Assembly: GCA_018303405.1 (NCBI GenBank)
Contig: JAGVYD010000009.1
Span: 195,045 to 259,044 of the forward strand
From: Candidatus Woesearchaeota archaeon
GTDB taxonomy: Archaea; Nanobdellota; Nanobdellia; Woesearchaeales; JABMPP01
Direction of reading: 5' to 3'
DNA length: 64,000 nucleotides
The notes under the pieces are model-generated. The model was not told the origin of the DNA. It saw nothing but the letters and a program-made list of their open reading frames with translations, and made no database searches. How positions within the stretch are numbered: the stretch's first letter is position 1; the number at the start of each line of letters is the position of its first letter. The translations under genes were made by a program, and so were the position numbers. This document shows, in pieces, positions 20,001 through 26,662 of this stretch.

Positions 20001-20630
20001 GATATGGTGCAGGGCCTGGACATTGCATGGAAATACCCCCTTGAACTATTTGAGGCAGCCATGAATTACAAGCCAACCTGGGAAGTTAAGGTGGAACAGG
20101 TTAAAAAAAGGCTAAACACAGAAGCGCAGTATGAGAATTTTGGGTTTACCCATGATGTCTCCAGCATAAACATCGGCATAAAGTGCTCAGCTTACAAGAC
20201 CCTGCCGAGCATGGAAGAAAAGCTTAAAGGCCAGATGGACATTGCTGAAAAGATCAGGGCAGTTGACCAAAGCGACGTGGCCCGCCTGGTTATTGAAAAG
20301 CATTTCCTCCGCGACACCAAGGGGAACCTCAGGAAATTTTCGCAGCAGGAATTCCGCTGCGTCAAATGCAATAAAAAGTTCAGGAGGCCGCCATTGGCTG
20401 GAAAGTGCACAGCATGCGGCGGCAAGCTATTATTCACAATAGCGGAAGGCTCGGTGCTGAAATACCTCGAGCCAAGCATCAGCCTGGCAAATAAATACGG
20501 GGTCCCGAGCTATCTCAAGCAGACACTGGAGCTTACCAAGCGGAGAATAGAGGGTGTTTTTGGCCGTGACCCGGAAAGGCAGGCAGGGCTGGGCGCTTGG
20601 TTTGACATTGAGCCACCCTCTGCAGAATAA
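17013..20630 (+). CDS. dp2: DNA polymerase D large subunit (DP2, catalytic)
   Basis: 1205 aa, starting 1 nt after the dp1 stop. Has multiple Zn-finger CxxC pairs and the conserved HPYWHAALRRDCDGDE catalytic region. The length is normal, so no intein. Confidence 0.97.
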   Translation: MKAASPAMQDYFRNVQEKVDKAYDQATKARLRMLDPENHVDIILAKNMAERVEGLVREVSPNLAGSGMVEQIYEYEKQYNMLDWRVAFKIAEDVAKQKFCKFNTEEEAMEAGIRVGFAYLTLGIVSAPLEGFTFLKIKQRQDGKKYLSLWYSGPVRGAGGTAAATSVVLGDYIRQCMGYDTYDPTEEEISRYVREIQDYHERVTNLQYFPSEDELRFMAKHLPVEINGEPTEIFQVSNHKDLPRVETRYIRGGLCLVIAEGLCQKAPKLWLRLNKWGKDFGLGHWGFMQEFLDLQKAVKARKTKETTKERKITPNYVYIQDLVAGRPVLTYPMRAGGFRLRYGRSRISGFSSASIHPATMHLLNKYIATGTQLKLERPGKATALTPNDAIEGPIVKLIDGSVVRVDTETDAKRCAEFVKEILFLGDILSSYGDFSENGHVLVPAGYNEDIFSAEMEAKLIEKFGAEWKDKLPMGAGPTEAADKNKIENAKGITVPAETIISIVDNPHTTKIDASQSISLSKTFGMPLHPYYTYHWGILSKQELIEFAGWLQQMKVVEENGGLAKIVLPLEDAKKHAETIGLPCVVASKELVILDRDNGLAVMHTLGIENSNDARMALLKIKEMPSDNVLAIINALSKMEIKDKSGTFIGARMGRPEKAKMRRLSNSPHALFPIGDEGGRLRSVQSALESGKVTADFPSYQCPKCGTDSIFAVCIKCRGPTEKVGFCKICGKIPGTFCPRHGEIPGFMHRSIAIKEYFDAELENIGMKTFPDLIKGVRGTSNRNHVSEHLAKGIFRAKYDLYVNKDGTVRYDMTELPLTHFKPKEIGISLGKLKQLGYDKDIHGNKIKDENQIIELKPQDIILPASLGGTDESADDILFRTSKFIDDLLLNFYKMEPFYDFKSKDHLIGELVIGLAPHISAGMIGRIIGFSETQACFAHPYWHAALRRDCDGDECCVMLLMDGLLNFSRQFLPDKRGSRTMDSPLVLTSQLVPAEVDDMVQGLDIAWKYPLELFEAAMNYKPTWEVKVEQVKKRLNTEAQYENFGFTHDVSSINIGIKCSAYKTLPSMEEKLKGQMDIAEKIRAVDQSDVARLVIEKHFLRDTKGNLRKFSQQEFRCVKCNKKFRRPPLAGKCTACGGKLLFTIAEGSVLKYLEPSISLANKYGVPSYLKQTLELTKRRIEGVFGRDPERQAGLGAWFDIEPPSAE

Positions 20631-20958
20631 AATCTGCATTTTCCACCAGTCCATGGCTGGTGGCGGAAAACCATTAGGCGTTCCAGAAAGTGGAAAATGC
20701 AGGGTCTGAACGAGCGACCCGGGCGACATGTCAGAAATCGACTTCACACGCTCCGAGCTTTAGCCCGGTTAAAGAATATCGATTTCTGAGCATGATGGAA
20801 ATCTTCGATTTCCAGCATCATGAAAATGTGAACATTTTCATGATGATCAAGAACTGCTCACTTTTTAGGCAGTATCCAAACACGCTGCCTGCTTTAGCAG
20901 GCAGTTCTTGACAAACTTGTATTGCTTTCTTTAAGAATGGAAAGGCCGGCTTCAGACT

Positions 20959-21369
20959 CTAAATCCTTGCGTTAACAGGGTGCTTGGCGCCGCAAACCAT
21001 GCACTTGATGGATGTCACATCCCCATCCTTTTCCATTTTCGTGTCGGCCTTCTTGCATTCCTTGCAAAAGACAACCAAATCAGCGTACTGCAAAATTTTC
21101 TGGTTTATCATGCTTGCAGAAACCTTTCTGCCAATAATCAGGGCTGTTTTTGTCAGGTTACCGGGCGTTGCCAATTCCTTCAGAATATATTTTTGCAGAT
21201 GAGCGACAGGCCTTCTCAAAGAATCAGCAATATGGCTGAAATTGCTAATAATGGTCCTATTTCCTTGTATGTGGCCTATGACCTTGGGGATTTCAAACCT
21301 TTCACTTTTCAGGATATGCTCTGGCAATTTGTCACGGGCCTTGTCAAGCATGTTTTCATAATCTGCCAT
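20959..21369 (-). CDS. eif2b: Translation initiation factor aIF2 beta subunit
   Basis: MADYENMLDKA...RFEIPKV....GNRTII.NF..IA..L.R....L.KY...ELAT.G plus the C-terminal Zn ribbon C.EC...DT......D......C..CGA. Trimmed to the internal ATG. Confidence 0.9.
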   Translation of the reverse strand: MADYENMLDKARDKLPEHILKSERFEIPKVIGHIQGNRTIISNFSHIADSLRRPVAHLQKYILKELATPGNLTKTALIIGRKVSASMINQKILQYADLVVFCKECKKADTKMEKDGDVTSIKCMVCGAKHPVNARI

Positions 21370-21555
21370 ATCAACCAGGCATTGAGAGGCATTTTTAAAT
21401 TTATGTATATACTGTGCCCCAAATAACATACCCCTAATAACATATATTATTCTCATGCCCTCTGCGGCCAATCAAACCATTGCCCCTTAATGCCAAATCA
21501 TGCAAGATGGGATAATTGCGAAAAAGATATATAGACAGAACTAATCTACACACTT

Positions 21556-22230
21556 ATGCCAGTTACAGCCAAAAAAGAGGTGATAAGCGAGAGCGATCGA
21601 ATTATCCAATTATATACCCATACAATTTCTGAGCTCAATTCTATAGACCAAAACGACGCACAGAAACTCACAAGCCTTGTTGTTGATTTTTTTACCAGGC
21701 TTTATGGTCTCAAAAACAGCATCACACTGGAAGAGCTTGTCAAGGATATAAGCAAACGGAGCCTGTATCCCGGGCTCAGGAATGAAACTATAGAATTTAT
21801 TGAAAAATTGTCCAACCTCCAATATTTTTTTCCAGTAACAAGGATGGAGTCAGCCAAGGCAATGGCCGATCACTTCAAGATCCTGGCCAAAGAGCTTTGC
21901 AACAATCTTCTTATCCGAAAAAAAGTTGATCCAGAAAACCGTAAAAAAACAAAGGGAATAAGGGGGATGCAGTGGCTCAGCACGCCTTTCAATCTATTTA
22001 AACGCAAAAAGAACGAACTGGATGTTGATTATGACACGGAACAAATAATCACATTAATCAATCAGGCAAGAAGGGCATTTAAGCATGGTGACACGAAGAC
22101 AGCATCTGAAATCTACACCACAATAATGAATATGCATGCCATGCTTTCTTCACATCAGCAAAAGGAACTTGATTTTCACATTTCCAAGCTGCACGAAAAA
22201 TTCAGGATTGCAAATAAGGGAAAAAAGTGA
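21556..22230 (+). CDS. Hypothetical soluble helical protein, paralogous by eye to the cytoplasmic tail of the 920-aa membrane protein
   Basis: 224 aa with no TM segment. The segment order resembles residues about 740-920 of ORF 26663..29425 (see findings). Confidence 0.45.
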   Translation: MPVTAKKEVISESDRIIQLYTHTISELNSIDQNDAQKLTSLVVDFFTRLYGLKNSITLEELVKDISKRSLYPGLRNETIEFIEKLSNLQYFFPVTRMESAKAMADHFKILAKELCNNLLIRKKVDPENRKKTKGIRGMQWLSTPFNLFKRKKNELDVDYDTEQIITLINQARRAFKHGDTKTASEIYTTIMNMHAMLSSHQQKELDFHISKLHEKFRIANKGKK

Positions 22231-22308
22231 GCGTAAATGCACTCCAAAGCTTTCCCTCTCTCCCATTCTTTATCATTCCAACTGGCGCCCAAATCAAATC
22301 CAATCAAC

Positions 22309-25300
22309 CTAAGTTTCCACTTTAGGCCTACGGTACAGGTAGTAGAACAGAATCATGCTTGCGGAAAATATTATTGTCAATACAGTCAGATAAACCACAG
22401 GAGACTGGATTAATGATTTAACCTGTTTCCATGCGTCCCGGAGCGGGGACCTTTTCTCCACTGTTGCCTCCTTATTGGTTATTAGATATTTGCAGCTCTC
22501 AATCACAGAATCAATAATCAGCGTGGCCCTGTTAAGGTTGCCGCTGGCAATTTCTGTTTTGGCGCTTTCCAGGAGCTCATTCAATTCAAGGCATTCTGGG
22601 TTTTCATTCAGGAGATCCCTGACAAATGCTATTTTTGTGTTGACCTGGGACTTGTTTACCTCACCCTTTTCTATGCTGCTTAAAATTATCTTCGCGCTAT
22701 CGGTAAACGCAGGCAATTGCACCCTTCCTTCAATTACAACTTCAAATGTGCCATAGACATCTTCGCTGGTCAGTGTAAGGCTCACCTCTTTTTGCTGGCC
22801 GACCTCCAAGGCTTCAATATAGGTCTCAGACAAGATGGGCGTTGCCTTGCTGTTATCGCTGCTTGCAGTGAGATATATTCCAGAAAATGTCTCGTTTGCA
22901 GTATTGATAATGGCAACCGGTGTTATTATTGTGCCATTGGAGTAATAAACAGGGATTCCAGGCACAATTATCTCATAGTTCACCAACTCTTTCTCCTTCT
23001 CTTCCTGCCTCTGCTCAGTCTGTTCCTCAATTGCCACAAAGCCGCCGCTTCCTCCCCCTCCCCCTCCGACAGCAACCGGCTGCACAGTCGCGGAGTCACT
23101 GGAATTGGAGATTGTTGTTATCTCAATGCGGTTGCTTGATACATTTGCGTAGCCGTCATTAAAGACAAATGTAATCACCTCTGTCCCCACAAAGTCATTT
23201 GAAGGCCTGAGGTTAACGCGATGTGTCGCCGCATCTATTTCAACATTAATATCATCATTGCCGGTCACGGAAATATTGATGCTGTCATCGCTGTCCAAAT
23301 CATAATAATAGTCATCAAGGTCAATCCAGTTGAGGAGCACAGTGTTCTTACTCCATGTCTTGTTGGGTGCAGTGTACCCTATGCTTACGGATGAGACATT
23401 CGGTGTGATATTGAGGTTAGAGGTGTTGAAGGCAATTTTATATCTTAAATACCTGTAAACATCAGATGTGATTTGGCTATTATTCTCGGTTATTGCGCTG
23501 CTCCAGGCAGATCCGTTGAAGTCGCCGTCGTCGCTGGTCTGCGTATAGAAAGCCAGCAGTGTATTATTGGGCATTGACCCAGTATAGCTTAAAGATGTGT
23601 AAGCCAATTCTGTGGCAGCATCTGAAAAGTCTATAGTGGGCGAAATATACTCCCCCTTGGAGATGTAGCTTGAGCCATTAATCTCCAGCCTGAGGTACCC
23701 TTCTCCAGTCAAGTTTGTAAAATTGAAGTTGCCTGTATATAGTTCGGCGTATGAATCATGCATCATCTTTCCATAAACTGGAGCCCTGTTGGCATTGGCC
23801 ACTGAGATGTTCCAGGCAATGCTTGAGTTTGCCAACAGATCGTCAAAAACAAACAGCACAAGACTATAATTGCCCGCTGAATCATAGCCTGCAGAATAGG
23901 TATAATTGCCACTTGTTGATTTTTCTGTGTAAGACCCGTATCTATTTATGGGCAGGCACCCTGAAGCAGATGAATGCCATTCACATCTCGCATTGGCTTC
24001 GCAGGCAGTCTGGTTTGTGCCGCTCGATGAACCACAAGCGGCTACCAATGATGCATTCTCCAAAGCAAGCTGCCAACTGTATGTCAAATTATAGCCTTCT
24101 GGATCAGATGATGTGTGATTGAACAGCACGGTGCCATTTTCATTTATGGATGCTGCGAGGCTTGTGGGCGCATAACTATTGATGACTGGAGGCTGGTTAA
24201 TCACAATGTATATCAGGGTGTAGTTCAATTTCTCAGAGTCATTCACTGTAAGATTGACTATGTAATTCAGGCGCGAGATGTTGCTCGGCGTAAAATTCAA
24301 GCGGAATGTGGTGGTGTTTATGGTCGTATTTACTGTAGCTATGGAAAAAATTGACATATTCTCAACCAGGCTAAGTGTGTCACCGTCAATATCATATGCA
24401 GTTATATTGAACCCGCAGCTTGAATTAAGCGTGCACGTGAAATTGCTGGCATTTGCGAAATATGGCGCATGATTCAGCCTTATGACTTCCAAATTGAAAG
24501 TAAAATTGCCGTATCCCTGGTCAGAATCATTGGCAAGGACCAGTATTGTGTGGTTGCCAACATCCCCCACTACCGGGTTAAAGAAGAATGTTTTTGTCGA
24601 TGAATTTACAACTGAGAACATCAGCCTGCTGTAATTCACTGATATGTTCACATGGTCGAAATCCAGGTCGTAGGCCGAAATATTGGCGCTGAACATGGTC
24701 CCTGTGTAAGCCGTCTGGTTTGCAATTGCGGCAAGGACAGGCGGCCTGTTTTCAGTCACTGTTATGTTCAGCAATACAGTGCTTGAGGCATTGAGCCCGT
24801 CATAGACCGTTAGGTTAAATGTGTAATTTCCAGACTGGCTGATATCCGGCGTGAAATTAATCATGCCACTTCCAGTCAATGTAAGCAGGGTCACATTAAA
24901 CAATGATGAATTGGAGGTGAAGTTTAGCACGTCATTATCAGCATCTGTGGCATTCACATAGTAGACAAAGTTCCTGTTTATCTTGGCAACCTGGTTTGTA
25001 ACTGTTCCCATTGCCGGATCATTGTTTACATCAAGAATTTCCAGGTTGAAAACAGTATTGTTGGTAAACCCATATGCGTCGGCAACAGTAATATTTATTG
25101 TATGGTTGCCAACGTCGCTGTTTGAAGGGGTGAAATAGAACCCGCCAGCTGTGGAATTATATGAAACAGTCGAGAAACTTGAATAATTGGAGCTGAAAGT
25201 AAGACTGTCGCTGTTGGGGTCAGACGCATAGGCTGTAAGGTTAAACAAAACATTTTCAGTGCCTGCCTGGTTTGCAATAGGGACTATGAATGGCGGGTCA

Positions 25301-26631
25301 TTCTGTATGATATAGAAATTCCTGATTGCATATGAAATTTGGCCTGAGCTGTCATTTACGGTGATGTTGACAGCATGATCACCCTGGTCCAGGGCAGTTG
25401 GCGTGAAATTAATGTAGCCGGACAAATTCATGCTAAATGCCGGGAAAGAGCCATTAACCGAATATGAAAAGTTCAGGATGTCCCCGTATGCCTCGTCCGG
25501 GTCTGAAGCGCTTAATTGCTCAGTGTAAGCAATGCCAATTGCCCATGTCTTGTTCTGCTCAAAGGCCAGGTAAGGCGGGTCATTCACATTTGTCACATTC
25601 AGCACAATATAATTGCTGTCGCTGCTTGCATATGAGTCACTTGCTGTGAAGACTACTGTCTCATTGCCGGACCAATTGCCTGTTGGGTAGAAGGACACAT
25701 TGCCTGTTGTCTGGTTAATTACCACGGCAATGCTGGAGTTGCCTGAGACAGAATAGGTTATTGTGTCAGCATTCGATGAATTGCACTCAAGGGCATCATT
25801 GTCACTAAAAAAGACTGATAATGTTATATTGTCAATAAGGCTGTTGTCCTCCTGCCAGGTTATGTTAGGCAATTGCAGGCTGGCATTAAACTGCGGCGGC
25901 CGGTTCGTGTTTGTGACATTCAGGGTCCAATTAACAGTGCGATAGCTTCCATTTACATCGCTGACGTTCAGGGAAATATTATGGAGCCCAAAGTCGCAGA
26001 AAGACGGTGAATAGGTAAAATTACTTGAATTGACACTGGCCACTGCCCCATCAACCATCCAATTTGACGTCAGATTGTCCCCATAATCCAGGTCGGGGTC
26101 ATCTGCAGTATAATTGAATAGCAAAGTGCTGACATTTTCAGTGGCTGTCTGCTCTAGGGAAACAGGGTAATACCCTGTGATATTGGGCGGGTCATTAGTA
26201 TTGGTCACGTTGAATATTACGCTGACTGACTGTGACTCAGAGGGCGTGCCTGCGTCTCCCACCACAAGATAAAACCCATGAACCCCAACATCATCATTTT
26301 CAGGGGTGAAATTCATCAGGCCGCGCTGGGCATCGTAATCAACAAGGCTGAATGCACTTAGGTTGTTGGCTGTAAACTGGAAATTCAATGGGTATTCAAG
26401 GTCGGCATCAGTGGCATTTATCCAATAGGTGAACAATGAATCCTCGGCAATTGTAAATGTGTCCCCGTCGCTGATATTGTCAAATGTAGGCTTGGCAGCA
26501 TAGACCGGGTATGAGTTCAATGCAACAGAAAGGGCAAAAATAATAACCATTCCACTCAGGAAATATGCAGAGGCCACCCTATTTTCGGCATATGTTTCCC
26601 TGCCCATCTTATCCTGCGGATTTTTTGTCAT
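22309..26631 (-). CDS. Giant surface protein with about 9-10 cadherin-like (CADG/He_PIG-type) repeats, a CARDB-like domain and a C-terminal TM anchor
   Basis: 1440 aa with an N-terminal signal anchor. Repeat boundaries carry cadherin-linker-like motifs: VTNTNDPPNI, VTNTNRPPQF, VTNVNDPPYL, IIQNDPPF, LDVNNDPA, VTENRPPV, IRLNHAPYF, VINQPPV, VANANRAPV. Has a GGGGGGSGG linker and a C-terminal VVYLTVLTIIFSASMILFYYLYRR. N-x-S/T sequons are very dense. Confidence 0.72.
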   Translation of the reverse strand: MTKNPQDKMGRETYAENRVASAYFLSGMVIIFALSVALNSYPVYAAKPTFDNISDGDTFTIAEDSLFTYWINATDADLEYPLNFQFTANNLSAFSLVDYDAQRGLMNFTPENDDVGVHGFYLVVGDAGTPSESQSVSVIFNVTNTNDPPNITGYYPVSLEQTATENVSTLLFNYTADDPDLDYGDNLTSNWMVDGAVASVNSSNFTYSPSFCDFGLHNISLNVSDVNGSYRTVNWTLNVTNTNRPPQFNASLQLPNITWQEDNSLIDNITLSVFFSDNDALECNSSNADTITYSVSGNSSIAVVINQTTGNVSFYPTGNWSGNETVVFTASDSYASSDSNYIVLNVTNVNDPPYLAFEQNKTWAIGIAYTEQLSASDPDEAYGDILNFSYSVNGSFPAFSMNLSGYINFTPTALDQGDHAVNITVNDSSGQISYAIRNFYIIQNDPPFIVPIANQAGTENVLFNLTAYASDPNSDSLTFSSNYSSFSTVSYNSTAGGFYFTPSNSDVGNHTINITVADAYGFTNNTVFNLEILDVNNDPAMGTVTNQVAKINRNFVYYVNATDADNDVLNFTSNSSLFNVTLLTLTGSGMINFTPDISQSGNYTFNLTVYDGLNASSTVLLNITVTENRPPVLAAIANQTAYTGTMFSANISAYDLDFDHVNISVNYSRLMFSVVNSSTKTFFFNPVVGDVGNHTILVLANDSDQGYGNFTFNLEVIRLNHAPYFANASNFTCTLNSSCGFNITAYDIDGDTLSLVENMSIFSIATVNTTINTTTFRLNFTPSNISRLNYIVNLTVNDSEKLNYTLIYIVINQPPVINSYAPTSLAASINENGTVLFNHTSSDPEGYNLTYSWQLALENASLVAACGSSSGTNQTACEANARCEWHSSASGCLPINRYGSYTEKSTSGNYTYSAGYDSAGNYSLVLFVFDDLLANSSIAWNISVANANRAPVYGKMMHDSYAELYTGNFNFTNLTGEGYLRLEINGSSYISKGEYISPTIDFSDAATELAYTSLSYTGSMPNNTLLAFYTQTSDDGDFNGSAWSSAITENNSQITSDVYRYLRYKIAFNTSNLNITPNVSSVSIGYTAPNKTWSKNTVLLNWIDLDDYYYDLDSDDSINISVTGNDDINVEIDAATHRVNLRPSNDFVGTEVITFVFNDGYANVSSNRIEITTISNSSDSATVQPVAVGGGGGGSGGFVAIEEQTEQRQEEKEKELVNYEIIVPGIPVYYSNGTIITPVAIINTANETFSGIYLTASSDNSKATPILSETYIEALEVGQQKEVSLTLTSEDVYGTFEVVIEGRVQLPAFTDSAKIILSSIEKGEVNKSQVNTKIAFVRDLLNENPECLELNELLESAKTEIASGNLNRATLIIDSVIESCKYLITNKEATVEKRSPLRDAWKQVKSLIQSPVVYLTVLTIIFSASMILFYYLYRRPKVET

Positions 26632-26662
26632 TTTGCCTCATTTCATATTTTTCATTCCGTAC

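Noticed and set aside
17013-20630. Inteins in PolD DP2 (and in MCM, 52007..54028), which are frequent intein hosts.
   Set aside because: Both proteins have normal lengths (1205 and 673 aa), and their conserved motifs are contiguous with no inserted block.
20690-20911. 73-aa plus-strand ORF (GTG start) between dp2 and aIF2-beta.
   Set aside because: No coding-like composition, no ribosome-binding or promoter context, and it spans a series of perfect hairpins. It is treated as part of a structured non-coding region.
20631-20958. RNase P RNA or SRP RNA in the structured gap. The gaps at 54620-55053 and 55384-55745 were also inspected for these.
   Set aside because: On neither strand could I find the conserved CR-I (GAGGAAAGUCC) or CR-V (ACAGAA..CGGCUUA) elements of RNase P RNA. 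Nor could I find the GGAA-tetraloop/AGCA helix-8 signature of SRP RNA. A covariance-model scan would be needed to be sure.
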